Source: Candidatus Azotimanducaceae bacterium | GTDB taxonomy: Bacteria > Pseudomonadota > Gammaproteobacteria > Pseudomonadales > Azotimanducaceae | Assembly (NCBI GenBank): GCA_965217825.1 | Contig: OZ244571.1 | Span: 1,248,882 to 1,312,881, forward strand | Reading direction: 5' to 3' | Length of the DNA: 64,000 bases | In this document: positions 19,036 to 28,823 of the stretch, piece after piece | Position numbering within the stretch: the stretch's first letter is position 1 | Layout of the letters: each line of letters begins with the position of its first letter | Translations under genes and position numbers: made by a program | Notes under the pieces: model-generated | Databases searched by the model: none | The model's input: the letters and a program-made list of their open reading frames with translations, nothing else | What the model was told of the DNA's origin: nothing

Positions 19036-20699
19036 AGTCCAACAATTCGATCAAGGTCGCGACCGTCCTGTCGCTCGTTCTTGTCGCGGCGGGCGTGTTT
19101 CTATACTGGCTTGTCCGCGAAAACGACCCGGAAGGCTACCGCTCGTCCATTTCCGGTGTGCAGCGAATCCAGCAGTTGGCGGCGGACTGGAGCATAGAAA
19201 CGGCCCGCGTCAGATCCGACCCGATGGCCGATTTCGACTCCCTGGTCGCCTTCATCCCGCAGATGAGCCAGCTCAAGGGAGCACTTCTGGCCAGGGTGCG
19301 AAGCATTCCCGACATTCCGGACAGATTGGCCAACGACGTGAGCGCCTATGTAAGCGCGGTCGACGCCAAGGAAGAACGCATCGAGCGCTTCAAGACGGGA
19401 TATGCCGTCATCAGGAACTCGTCGCGCTACCTGCCACTGGCGGCGTCGAATATCGTCCAGGTTCCGAACATCAACCCCGAACTGCTCGGCGAAGTGTCCA
19501 CCCTGACGAACGAAATCGACGCCTATCTGGCGGCCCCGACCGACGCTACAAAGGGCCGTCTGACGGTTGCGCTGGAGCGCCTGGGCGCGAGCGCCACAGC
19601 GCTGCCGGCGCCGCTGCCCAACTATTTCGCGAACTTCATCTCGCACGCGGAGGTGTTGCTCGCACGCCAGGCGCCCACAGGCGAACTGTTCTCGCTGGCT
19701 ACATCGAGCGAGATATCGGATCTCGCGGTGAAACTCGTGGACGATCTGGGATTCGAACTCGCGAGGAAACAGGAACGCAACGACTACTACTTGAACGGCA
19801 TCCTGGTGGCAGTCGCCGCCTTGTTGCTGCTGTGGATCGTATTCGCAGTGAGCAGAACCCGAGCCACCGTTGCTGAAGCAACCGCGACGCCTGCCGAATC
19901 GGCAACCGCTCCGGCGCAGCGTGTGGCTGTCGCCGGGGAACCGGCCGCCGGCGCTGGAAAACCGGCCGATGAGGCTGTGTCAACGAACGCCAAGCTTTTG
20001 ATGTCGCACAAGATCCTGTCGGACTTCGTGGGTCAGCACCTGGCCGTGACCGCGGACGAAATCGCAACGGGCATGGAATCGCTCAGCGAAGCGAACGACA
20101 AGGTCCAGGAATCTCAGAGTGATGCCGAACGCGCGGACGTGGTGGCGGCGGCGAACGCCATCGTCGGCAACGTGCGGGCGCAGGCGACGGAAATCGCCGA
20201 GGTCGCGGAACGCCTGTCGGCTTTCTCCAAACGTCAGGGCGAGGTGAGCTACAGCTTGCTCGACCTCAACGACTGTATTGACGAAGTCGTCGCCGCGACG
20301 CAGGCAGAGAACGTCGCGACGGTCGAGACGGACTGCGGCGACGTGCCCGACATATTCGCATCGAGAACGGAAATCTGCTTGATGCTGGAGAAGGTCGTCG
20401 AGAATTCGGCGCAAGCAATTCAGGACAAGGGCGAAGACGACAAAGGCGAAATCAGGATCGCGACGAGTGGAGAGAACGACAAGGCGTACATCACGATTAT
20501 CGACAACGGTGTCGGCATGTCGGCTGATGTCCGAGAGAGCATGTTCGAGCCTTTCTATGCGGCGACAAACGGCCGAACCGGTGTGGGGCTCACCTCCACG
20601 AGCTACCTGGTGGAGAAATACGGCGGGTCGATTTCGGTCAGTTCAATGCCGGGCGGGGGAACGGTAACGCGAATAACGCTGCCGGGTCTGCCGGAATAA
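19032..20699 (+). CDS. membrane sensor histidine kinase with large all-helical N-terminal sensor domain (possibly DAHL-type)
   Basis: It has an N-terminal TM helix, a ~230-aa helical periplasmic region, a second TM helix and a candidate H-box (LLMSHKILSDF). The HATPase_c domain is clear (ITIIDNGVGMS...GRTGVGL...GGSISVSS). The GTG start overlaps the CCP stop (GTGA). Confidence 0.75.
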   Translation: MKSNNSIKVATVLSLVLVAAGVFLYWLVRENDPEGYRSSISGVQRIQQLAADWSIETARVRSDPMADFDSLVAFIPQMSQLKGALLARVRSIPDIPDRLANDVSAYVSAVDAKEERIERFKTGYAVIRNSSRYLPLAASNIVQVPNINPELLGEVSTLTNEIDAYLAAPTDATKGRLTVALERLGASATALPAPLPNYFANFISHAEVLLARQAPTGELFSLATSSEISDLAVKLVDDLGFELARKQERNDYYLNGILVAVAALLLLWIVFAVSRTRATVAEATATPAESATAPAQRVAVAGEPAAGAGKPADEAVSTNAKLLMSHKILSDFVGQHLAVTADEIATGMESLSEANDKVQESQSDAERADVVAAANAIVGNVRAQATEIAEVAERLSAFSKRQGEVSYSLLDLNDCIDEVVAATQAENVATVETDCGDVPDIFASRTEICLMLEKVVENSAQAIQDKGEDDKGEIRIATSGENDKAYITIIDNGVGMSADVRESMFEPFYAATNGRTGVGLTSTSYLVEKYGGSISVSSMPGGGTVTRITLPGLPE

Positions 20700-20719
20700 C
20701 GTATGGGTGGCCTAATTCA

Positions 20720-21919
20720 ATGACCGCGAGAGCGAAATGGCCGGTACGAAAGCCGGAGATGCGGGCGCCGGGATTCGGGCGAATCCGCTGGACCCTCCTG
20801 TTGTTCATCTTCTTGCCGATACCCGTGCTTCTCCTGCTTGGGCCGTATTTGCGAAGTACGTTCAACGGCACGTCGGAGGACGTTGCTTGCCTGGTCGAAC
20901 CGGCTGATATCGCCGGCCACGCGGTCTATTTGCTGGACCTTCGCAAGCCGTTGAGCCCGGCCTATGGTTCGCTTCCCGGCAAGCTGCTACGCGATGTGAG
21001 CCACGACATCGAAGCGAACACCGAACTGAAGGTATACGCGCTCACCCGATATGCCGAATCGCCACGGATGCTGCTCGGACGCCTGTGCAAGCCCTACGAC
21101 AACGCAGACCTGATGATCGCTACCGCCAAGGACCAGGGCAACGGCAACGGCTCCCGGGACTGCGACGACGTGCCGGCCCAGGTGCCCGTATCGTTGCGCG
21201 ACAAGGCGAACCGGTTTTGCGCCCAGCGCGATACGCTGCAGCGCCGGATCGATGTGCTCGTCCAACAGGGTCAAAACGGGAGGGTGGCCAGTACCTATCT
21301 GGTCGAGGCCATGGAAGACACCTTCCGCGATCTTGAAGACCTCTCCGGGTCGCCATCGCTTTATGTGTTTTCGGACATGATGCAGCACGCCAGGTGGTAT
21401 TCGCACCTGGACCTTCGATGGGAAGACTGGAGCTCCGAAGAGTTTGCGGAAATACGCGAGGAACACGCGGCTCTGTTCGGTGCTCCCACGCGGGCGCGCG
21501 CGAATCTCCTGGTGAAGGTCTTCTACATCCCCCGAACGGGAGCCACGGAGAATCTGCGGTTGAGAGTGGCGCACAAACAGTTCTGGCAGGACTACTTCGC
21601 TGGCACAGCACTCGATTTCGAAGATCGCGCGGCGATGCTGGAGTACGCCCACGAGCCGCTGATGGACGTGCCTTCGGAAGCTGAGATCGCCGCGCAGGAG
21701 CGAGAGCGTGTCCGATACGAACGCGAAGCCGTGGAACGGTTGCGCGCCAGGATGGCGGAAGAGAAGCTCGCACTCCAATCGGTACGACAGCAGTTGACCG
21801 ACCAGACGCGACAGTTGGAAGCGCGCGAACGCGAGCTGCGCAGCCAGCGAGATCTGCTGCAGGAAGAGAAGACCCAGCTAGCGGCGCAGAGCCTACCTGC
21901 CGAAGCTGCCCGCGAGTAA
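20720..21919 (+). CDS. membrane-anchored hypothetical protein with C-terminal coiled coil
   Basis: It has one N-terminal TM helix (WTLLLFIFLPIPVLLLLG) and a globular middle. The tail is E/R/Q/L-rich and heptad-like. The opposite-strand ORFs are Arg/Pro-rich artefacts. Confidence 0.6.
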   Translation: MTARAKWPVRKPEMRAPGFGRIRWTLLLFIFLPIPVLLLLGPYLRSTFNGTSEDVACLVEPADIAGHAVYLLDLRKPLSPAYGSLPGKLLRDVSHDIEANTELKVYALTRYAESPRMLLGRLCKPYDNADLMIATAKDQGNGNGSRDCDDVPAQVPVSLRDKANRFCAQRDTLQRRIDVLVQQGQNGRVASTYLVEAMEDTFRDLEDLSGSPSLYVFSDMMQHARWYSHLDLRWEDWSSEEFAEIREEHAALFGAPTRARANLLVKVFYIPRTGATENLRLRVAHKQFWQDYFAGTALDFEDRAAMLEYAHEPLMDVPSEAEIAAQERERVRYEREAVERLRARMAEEKLALQSVRQQLTDQTRQLEARERELRSQRDLLQEEKTQLAAQSLPAEAARE

Positions 21920-22054
21920 ACAGCCACGCGCTCGCCGAAGCGCTCGCCGGATTCGTGCGCGAAACCCCGTATCTCGTTACGATGGGTGCTCTTGCCGCGC
22001 CCGCTAGCGCGGCCATCCACGACAATGGTGCATGGATCAACTGCCCATGCGTGA

Positions 22055-22420
22055 TGTGATCCTGACATTGGATTCCGAACGTGCGTCCCTGGAGGCGGTC
22101 GGGGGCGAGGGTCGGCGACCAGCCGCGAGGGATTCTATCTGCCCGCGCTGGAGGCGATGGCCCTCGGCGCGTTGACGATCTGCCCGGACGCCGGCGGCAA
22201 CGACTACTGCGTTGATCGCGTGAACTGCCTCAAGCCCGCCAATCGACTGAACGCGTTGATGAATGGATTGAAGGAAGCGGCGGGCATGACCGACTGGCGT
22301 GCAAAGGCCATGTCTGGCAATGCGCGGGTCACGGCATCGAGACACGACCTGCGCCACGAACGCGCGATGTTCCAGCGCCTGCTGCGCGAGATCATGAAGG
22401 CTGCCGGACCGGGCGCATGA
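22055..22420 (+). pseudogene. C-terminal remnant of a GT-B (family 1/4-like) glycosyltransferase
   Basis: SREGFYLPALEAMALGALTICPDAGGNDYCVDRVNCL is the E-x7-E/EAMA nucleotide-sugar-binding region. No N-terminal half is present in any frame upstream. Confidence 0.5.
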
Positions 22421-22522
22421 TGGTCCTGGAGCGTTCGAACGGACATCGCGCCCGCGAGAGCCATCCTTGACACGTTCGAGGTGCGTCACCACACTCGTTT
22501 GATTCTTCAACGGAACAAACGC

Positions 22523-23584
22523 ATGGGAACTTCCGGCGCTGGCGCCGTGCGTATCTTCCTCCTGACCGCCGTCGTCGCGTTTGGCCTGGAGCCGGCCATG
22601 GCCGCGATGGTCGACGGCCCGCGGCTATCGTGGGACGTATCCCTGTGGGGCAAGCCGCGCGCCGGCACCGCCGTGGCGGATGCGTTGGCAGCCGTCGTCG
22701 AGGAGAAGACCGGCGGTGCCTGGCAGATGACGCTGCATTACGGCGAGGCGCTGTCCAAGTCCCGAGAAAACCTGGACGGCATCGCCATCGAAGCGTTTCA
22801 GGCGGCGATGATCTGCAACTTCTATCATCCGAGGAAGAACGCGGCGCTGATGGTGTTGACGATGCCGTTTCTGCCGATGGCGGACTGGGACGCCAACCGC
22901 CGTATTCGCGAGGCGGTGTATGCGCATCCCGCGGTCGCCAGGGAAATGGCGCGGTGGAACGCCATGATCTACACCTCTACGTTCCTGCCGCAATACGAAC
23001 TCCTTGGCCGAGGTGAACCGCCGGTCGACCTGGAAGGCTGGAAAGGCCTGAGTGTGCGCGCCGGAGGAGGTCTCGGCCAGGCCATGAAGCTGCTCGGCGC
23101 AACGCCCGCGAGTTCCACGGCCACGGAGGTCTATACCGGTGTCCAGCAGGGCACCATGGATGCGGCATCCTTCCCGTTCACCTATGGCCACGTCTCCTAT
23201 CGCATCCACGAGGTGTCCGAGTGGTTCACCGGCAATCTCTCCCCGGGAACGGCTGATTGCCCGCTGGTGTTCGGCATCACGGCCTACGAGGCGCTTCCTT
23301 CACAATACAAGCAACTGCTGGCGGACGTGAAGGAGGAGGTCATTGCCGCGCAGATCCAGGCGTACGTCGATGTTGACGCCACGAACCTGCCGATGCTGAA
23401 GGCGTCGCTGCGGGAAGTCCGTTATACCGATGCGCAGCTTGCGCAGTTTCGTGCTCAGGCCGGCAAGCCGGTGATCGACGCCTGGATCACTGAAAACGCT
23501 GGTCGGTTCGACGCCGCTGGTTTGGTGGAGACCGTGTTCGGGGCGGTTGGGCGTACCTACCGGGAAGGTGCGGCGCCCGATTGA
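22523..23584 (+). CDS. TRAP transporter substrate-binding protein (DctP type)
   Basis: Signal peptide followed by a DctP-family pattern. It sits immediately upstream of small and large TRAP permease genes. Confidence 0.85.
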   Translation: MGTSGAGAVRIFLLTAVVAFGLEPAMAAMVDGPRLSWDVSLWGKPRAGTAVADALAAVVEEKTGGAWQMTLHYGEALSKSRENLDGIAIEAFQAAMICNFYHPRKNAALMVLTMPFLPMADWDANRRIREAVYAHPAVAREMARWNAMIYTSTFLPQYELLGRGEPPVDLEGWKGLSVRAGGGLGQAMKLLGATPASSTATEVYTGVQQGTMDAASFPFTYGHVSYRIHEVSEWFTGNLSPGTADCPLVFGITAYEALPSQYKQLLADVKEEVIAAQIQAYVDVDATNLPMLKASLREVRYTDAQLAQFRAQAGKPVIDAWITENAGRFDAAGLVETVFGAVGRTYREGAAPD

Positions 23585-23600
23585 TCGCGCCTCGCTGACT

Positions 23601-24209
23601 GTGAACGACGCCTTTGGTCGCCGCCTGGATCGGGCCGACCGCTTGCTCGGCCTGATCGAGAACGGCCTCAATCTCTGCGCTGGCGGACTCATCTTCGCGC
23701 TGATGCTGCTCGGCGTCGCGCAGATCGTCCTGCGCACGGTGTTCGAATCGCCGATCTTCGGGTACATCGACATCGTAGAGGTGTCGATGGTCGGCTTCGC
23801 CATACTGTCCATCGCTTTCGTGCAGCGCACCGGGGCGCATGTGCGCATGGAAATCCTGGTGGCCCGTCTCAGGGGCCGCTGGCTGTGGCTGACCGAGATG
23901 GCGGGAACGGCCGTCGCCGCGTTCATCGTCGGCGTGCTTATCCCGTACGCGTGGCGGCACTTCGAGCGCGCGTTCGAGTTCGGCGACAGCACCATCGACA
24001 TCGAACTCGCGACCTGGCCGGCGAAACTCGTCGTGCCTGTGGCCCTATCCGTTCTCCTGGTCCGGCTGCTGGTCCAGTTGGCGGGCTATTGGCGCCTTGT
24101 GCTGCATCCCGGACTGGAACCCGTCGCCGTGCCGACCCTCCAGGACGCGGCGACCCAGGCGGAAGCCGAGATCCGCCTTTCGGACACCGACAGTGAGGCG
24201 GTCCGATGA
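23601..24209 (+). CDS. TRAP transporter small permease (DctQ type)
   Basis: Four predicted TM helices, ~200 aa. The stop overlaps the next gene's start. I prefer the GTG start at 23601; the track start at 23547 overlaps dctP-like by 38 nt. Confidence 0.75.
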   Translation: MNDAFGRRLDRADRLLGLIENGLNLCAGGLIFALMLLGVAQIVLRTVFESPIFGYIDIVEVSMVGFAILSIAFVQRTGAHVRMEILVARLRGRWLWLTEMAGTAVAAFIVGVLIPYAWRHFERAFEFGDSTIDIELATWPAKLVVPVALSVLLVRLLVQLAGYWRLVLHPGLEPVAVPTLQDAATQAEAEIRLSDTDSEAVR

Positions 24210-25564
24210 GTGGGATCAGCGAGCTATGGGCCGGCATAGCGGGCGTGGTCCTGCTGGTCACCATGGTCGCCCTCGGGGTTCGCGTCTACATCGCCGCGGC
24301 GCTGACCGGTTTCCTGGGGCTGCTGGCGCTCAAGGGATGGAACGTCGCGGCCGCGGTGGCGGGCACCATTCCCCATTCCAAGACCGTGACCTATCCGCTA
24401 TCCGTACTGCCGCTCTTCATCCTGATTGGCTTTCTGGCATTCCACGCCGGCCTGACGACGCGATTGTTCGAGGCGGCGCGGCGTTGGGTAGGGTGGGTGC
24501 CGGGGGGCCTCGCCGTGTCCACGGTATTCGCCAGTGCCGGCTTCGCCGCGGTGTCCGGTGCCTCGACGGCGACGGCCGCGGTGTTTTCCCGGGTCGCGAT
24601 TCCCGACATGCTCCGGAATCGCTACAGCAAACGCCTTACGGCGGGCGTCATCGCGGCGGGAGGCACGCTGGCGTCGCTGATACCGCCGTCCGCGATCCTG
24701 GTGATCTACGCCATCATCGTCGAGGAGTCGGTGGGCAAGCTGTTGCTTGCCGGACTGCTCCCCGGTGTCGTCTCGGTGCTGATATACGTCGCATTGATCG
24801 TCGGCATGTGCGCTTATCGCCCGGATCTCGGTCGATCCATCGGCGGCTTCACATGGCGGCAGCGCTTTGCCAGTCTGCCGGGCGCGCTGCCCATATTCCT
24901 GGTTGTCGGCATCATCTTCGGGGCTCTCTATTCCGGCGCCGCGACGCCCACCGAAGCCGGTGCCCTGGGTGCCGCCGTAGTGTTCTGCCTCTACGCCCTG
25001 CGGGCCTATCGGGAGCGTTCGGTCAAGCAGATGGGCAGCCGTCTTCGGGAAGCCTTGATGGAGACCGCCAAGCTCACGGTAATGATCTTCACGTTGATCT
25101 GGGGCGTATTCCTGTTCGTGCGTTTCCTCGGCTTCGCCGGCCTGCCGGGGGCCTTCTCGGACTGGGTGGTGACACTCGACCTGCCCCCGCTACTGATTGT
25201 CGTCTGCATCCTGCTCGCCTACGCCGTGCTCGGAATGTTCATGGACGCCATCGGCATGTTGGTGCTCACGCTGCCGGTCGTGTACCCGGCCGTGATCGCG
25301 CTCGGCTACGACCCCATCTGGTTCGGCATCGTGGTCGTCAAGATGGCGGAAATCTGTCTCATCACGCCGCCCATCGGCCTCAACTGCTTTGTTGTCGCCG
25401 GCGTTGCGCGGGGCTTGCGCGACGACGACGGCACTTCGCTCGCGATACCGTTGCAGGATGTGTTCCGCGGAATCGGACCGTTCTTTGTCGCGGACGTGCT
25501 GACGGTCGCCGTGCTGCTGGCAGTGCCGGACATCGTCCTGTGGCTGCCGCGGATGATGGGATAG
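24206..25564 (+). CDS. TRAP transporter large permease (DctM type)
   Basis: 452-aa polytopic membrane protein with a DctM-like sequence. The ATGA overlap with the small permease gene indicates coupling. Confidence 0.9.
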   Translation: MSGISELWAGIAGVVLLVTMVALGVRVYIAAALTGFLGLLALKGWNVAAAVAGTIPHSKTVTYPLSVLPLFILIGFLAFHAGLTTRLFEAARRWVGWVPGGLAVSTVFASAGFAAVSGASTATAAVFSRVAIPDMLRNRYSKRLTAGVIAAGGTLASLIPPSAILVIYAIIVEESVGKLLLAGLLPGVVSVLIYVALIVGMCAYRPDLGRSIGGFTWRQRFASLPGALPIFLVVGIIFGALYSGAATPTEAGALGAAVVFCLYALRAYRERSVKQMGSRLREALMETAKLTVMIFTLIWGVFLFVRFLGFAGLPGAFSDWVVTLDLPPLLIVVCILLAYAVLGMFMDAIGMLVLTLPVVYPAVIALGYDPIWFGIVVVKMAEICLITPPIGLNCFVVAGVARGLRDDDGTSLAIPLQDVFRGIGPFFVADVLTVAVLLAVPDIVLWLPRMMG

Positions 25565-25597
25565 CTGAACGGGGATGTTTCGGCTTAACGAAATACG

Positions 25598-27199
25598 GTG
25601 GTGACGACCAGGACCTCTTCCGATGTCGTCATCATCGGCGGCGGCCACAATGGTCTCGTCTGCGCCTGCTACCTGGCCAGGGCGGGCTTGAGCGTGCGCG
25701 TGCTGGAACGCCGCCCCATCGTCGGCGGCGCCGCCGTGACGGAGGAATTCCACCCTGGATTCCGCAACTCCACGGCGAGCTACACCGTGGGCCTGCTGGC
25801 CCCGGAAATCATCCGCGACCTGCGGCTGAAGTCCCACGGTCTTCGCTTCGTACCTCGGCCGCAAGCCAATTTCCTGCCCTTGTCGGAAGGCGAGTCGCTG
25901 TCGATCTTCAACGATGACGCCGCGACCGCTCGCGAGTTTGCTCGCTTTTCTGCCAATGACGGCCGCGCCCTGGCGGGCTTCCGCGCCATGGTTCGTGAGA
26001 TCGGCGATATCGTCCGCCGACAGATGCGTCGCACACCTCCCAACGTCGGGGGCGGCGTCGGCGACTGGTTCAGCGCGGGATTCGCGGCCATGCATGTCAT
26101 GGGGCTGTCCATGGAACGTCGTCGGGATCTCAAGGACCTGTTCCTGAAACCCGTCGCCGATTTGCTCGACGCCTGGTTCGAAAGCGAACACGTCAAGGGG
26201 GCCCTCGCATTCGACGCCGTGGTCGGCAACTTCGCGTCGCCTCGCGCGCCCGGCACCGCCTATGGTCTCCTGCACCACGCGCTCGGCGAACTCGACGGGG
26301 TTCGCGGCGCATGGGGCCATGCGCTTGGCGGCATGGGCGCGATCAGCCAGGCGATGCTGGCAGAAGCGCTGGCCCTGGGAGTCGATGTCGAGATCGAGTC
26401 CGAAGTGGCCGAAGTGATGGTGGAGAATGGCCGCGCTGTCGGCGTTGTGCTTGCCGACGGCTCGACGTGCCTAGGTCGCGCAATCGCCGCCAATGCCGCG
26501 CCGAAGCACCTCTACCTTGATCTTGTTCGTGATACGCACCTTGCTGACGAGTTCCTGCGTCTAGTCCGTGCCACGCGTACGGAGTCGGCGACCTTGCGCA
26601 TGAACGTAGCGCTCGCCGAACTGCCTGACTTCGCTTGTCGTCCTGGCATCGAGGCCGGGGACCACCACCGCGCCGGTATCGTCATCGGTCCGACCCTGGA
26701 CTACCTGGAAAATGCCTATCTCGACGCCCGTCGCGGCGACTACTCACAGTTCCCGGTCATCGAGATGCTCATCCCGTCGACGGTAGATGATTCCCTCGCG
26801 CCCCCGGGGTGCCACGTCGCGAGCCTGTTCTGCCAGCACTTCCCGCGCGACCGGGACTGGGACACGCATCGGGATGCCGCCGCCGATACGGTATTCGCCG
26901 CCATCGACCGCTTTGCGCCGAACTTCAGCGATGCGGTGATCGCCCGGCAGGTGCTAACGCCGGCGGATCTGGAGGAGCGCTTCCGACTGCCCGGTGGCGA
27001 CATTTTCCACGGCGCGATGACCCCCGACCAGGTGTGGTCCAACCGGCCCATGATGGGCTACGCCGCTTACCGGGGTCCCATCGGCGGGCTCTACCACTGC
27101 GGTGCCGGCGCGCACCCCGGCGGCGGCGTGACAGGCCTGCCGGGACGCAACGCGGCGCGGGAGATAGTGCGGGACCTCACCTCGCGCCGACGCGGGTGA
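25598..27199 (+). CDS. CrtI/phytoene-desaturase-family NAD(P)/FAD-dependent oxidoreductase
   Basis: N-terminal dinucleotide fold DVVIIGGGHNGLVCACYLARAGLSVRVLERRPIVGGAA, and COG1233-like length (533 aa). Confidence 0.85.
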   Translation: MVTTRTSSDVVIIGGGHNGLVCACYLARAGLSVRVLERRPIVGGAAVTEEFHPGFRNSTASYTVGLLAPEIIRDLRLKSHGLRFVPRPQANFLPLSEGESLSIFNDDAATAREFARFSANDGRALAGFRAMVREIGDIVRRQMRRTPPNVGGGVGDWFSAGFAAMHVMGLSMERRRDLKDLFLKPVADLLDAWFESEHVKGALAFDAVVGNFASPRAPGTAYGLLHHALGELDGVRGAWGHALGGMGAISQAMLAEALALGVDVEIESEVAEVMVENGRAVGVVLADGSTCLGRAIAANAAPKHLYLDLVRDTHLADEFLRLVRATRTESATLRMNVALAELPDFACRPGIEAGDHHRAGIVIGPTLDYLENAYLDARRGDYSQFPVIEMLIPSTVDDSLAPPGCHVASLFCQHFPRDRDWDTHRDAAADTVFAAIDRFAPNFSDAVIARQVLTPADLEERFRLPGGDIFHGAMTPDQVWSNRPMMGYAAYRGPIGGLYHCGAGAHPGGGVTGLPGRNAAREIVRDLTSRRRG

Positions 27200-27235
27200 C
27201 CTGGGCGAAGTTTTCGATGCTTCGTGTAATGTCAG

Positions 27236-27285
27236 ATTGATGATTTGATCATCAATTTGACATTAGCGTATTGGGTCGCGAGAAT
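27236..27285 (+). promoter_or_regulatory. palindrome plus sigma70-like promoter upstream of the DUF4143 ATPase gene
   Basis: ATTGATGAT-TTG-ATCATCAAT (27236-27256) is a perfect 9-bp inverted repeat. It abuts TTGACA (27257-27262), then a 17-nt spacer, then GAGAAT (27280-27285). The ATG at 27294 is very close, so the leader would be short or absent. Confidence 0.35.
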
Positions 27286-27287
27286 CT

Positions 27288-28478
27288 TTGCCCATGCTCG
27301 CCCGCCACCTATCAAAGTCCGTGCTGTCCGCAGCCGCCCAGAATCCCGTCGTGACGCTCATGGGGCCGAGGCAATCCGGCAAGACGACCCTCTGCCAGAT
27401 GCTGTTCCCCGACCACGAGTATGTCTCCCTTGAAGCTCCCGATGTCAGGTCGCGAGCCATTGAGGATCCTCGCGGTTTCCTTGCTTCGGAAAACGACTTG
27501 GTCATCGACGAGATACAGCGGGCGCCCGACCTGTTGTCGTACATACAGGTCTTCGTCGACGAGGATCCCCGCCCGGGGCGATTTGTCCTCACGGGTTCGC
27601 AAAATCTGCTGCTGATGGAATCGGTCTCGCAGACGCTCGCCGGTCGCAGCGCGTTGCTGCGCCTCTTTCCGTTCTCGTTGCCGGAGTTGTTTGAGAGAGA
27701 CCCGTTCGATCCTGCGCGGTTGCCGGAGGCGACCGTAGCGGTGCCCGGCGCCGACCGCTGGGAGACCCTGTTTCGAGGATTCTATCCGCGGATACACGAC
27801 CGGAACCTGTCGCCTCGCGAGTGGCTCGGCGACTACTTTCGAACCTACGTCGAACGCGATCTCAGCGAAGTCCTGGCGGTGTCCGACCTGCGCGCTTTCG
27901 AGAATTTTGTCCGGCTGGCCGCCGCCAGCACCGCGATGGAACTGAACCTGAACCGGCTGGCGGGAGATGTCGGCGTGGGCCAGCAGACCGCTCGTCGGTG
28001 GCTCAATGTCCTCGAGATCGGGTATCTGGCTGTTACGCTGCCGCCGCACTACGCCAACTTCCGCAAGCGCCTGCGCAAACGACCTCGCCTGCACTTCCTG
28101 GACACCGGGCTTGTATGCTATCTCCTCGACATCCCCGATGCCCACACGCTGGCGCGACACCCGCTGCGGGGAGCGATCTTCGAATCGTTCGTCGTCTCTG
28201 AACTCATCAAGAGTTTCGCCAATCGCCGCCGCGAGGCGCCGATCTACTTTTGGCGCGATGCGACTGGCCGCGAGATCGATGCGCTGATCGACCTGGGCGA
28301 CAGGCTCGTCCCCGTCGAAGTCAAATCCGGGGAGACCGTTCCCGCCGACGCGGTGCAGAACCTGGAGTGGTGGACGGGCCTTCCGGACAACCCGACCACC
28401 GGCGGACTGCTCGTCCACGGCGGCAAGACGCGGTTTCGAATCAAGGGATTCGACGTGCTGCCCTGGTTTCTCGGCTGA
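27288..28478 (+). CDS. AAA-family ATPase with DUF4143 C-terminal domain (COG1373-like)
   Basis: Walker A is MGPRQSGKTT and Walker B is LVIDEIQ. The C-terminal half is PD-(D/E)xK-like DUF4143 (WRDATGREIDALIDLGDRLVPVEVKSG). Confidence 0.85.
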   Translation: MPMLARHLSKSVLSAAAQNPVVTLMGPRQSGKTTLCQMLFPDHEYVSLEAPDVRSRAIEDPRGFLASENDLVIDEIQRAPDLLSYIQVFVDEDPRPGRFVLTGSQNLLLMESVSQTLAGRSALLRLFPFSLPELFERDPFDPARLPEATVAVPGADRWETLFRGFYPRIHDRNLSPREWLGDYFRTYVERDLSEVLAVSDLRAFENFVRLAAASTAMELNLNRLAGDVGVGQQTARRWLNVLEIGYLAVTLPPHYANFRKRLRKRPRLHFLDTGLVCYLLDIPDAHTLARHPLRGAIFESFVVSELIKSFANRRREAPIYFWRDATGREIDALIDLGDRLVPVEVKSGETVPADAVQNLEWWTGLPDNPTTGGLLVHGGKTRFRIKGFDVLPWFLG

Positions 28479-28820
28479 CGTCACGCGAACGGATCGCGCC
28501 AATGGGGCGTGCGTTGCCCTTCCAAAACGTATCACCGCCTCGACCTTGACCATCGAGACTCGTCTGTCCGCGGGCTGCCACGTGACTCGGGACTACGCAG
28601 CCGTGCGCACGGTGCAGGAGCAGGTGGAACGAATCCTCGAAGAGTGGGAGCTTGTAGGCACCAGGGCTCGTTAGCAATATTCCCACATCAAATCGCGCTC
28701 GACGCCGCCATCCAGGGACAGCCCACGCCGACAGACACGTCGTCCGGCGTCTTCCAGCCTTATCGACCCAGGCTGATGCGGGCTGTGAGGATTGCTTCGA
28801 CCCGGCGGTGCCGACCGACA
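28479..28820 (+). mobile_element. solo copy of the ~340-bp region that precedes the IS91-family tnpA at 32705-33046 (IS end remnant)
   Basis: Near-identical to 32705-33046, with a handful of substitutions by eye. Here it is followed by a type III Res fragment instead of tnpA. Confidence 0.6.
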
Positions 28821-28823
28821 GTC

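Noticed and set aside
24097-25917. 606-aa plus-strand ORF spanning the TRAP large permease gene
   Set aside because: It is out of frame with the convincing DctM-type membrane protein (24206..25564), and its translation is Arg/Gly/Pro-rich with no hydrophobic helices.
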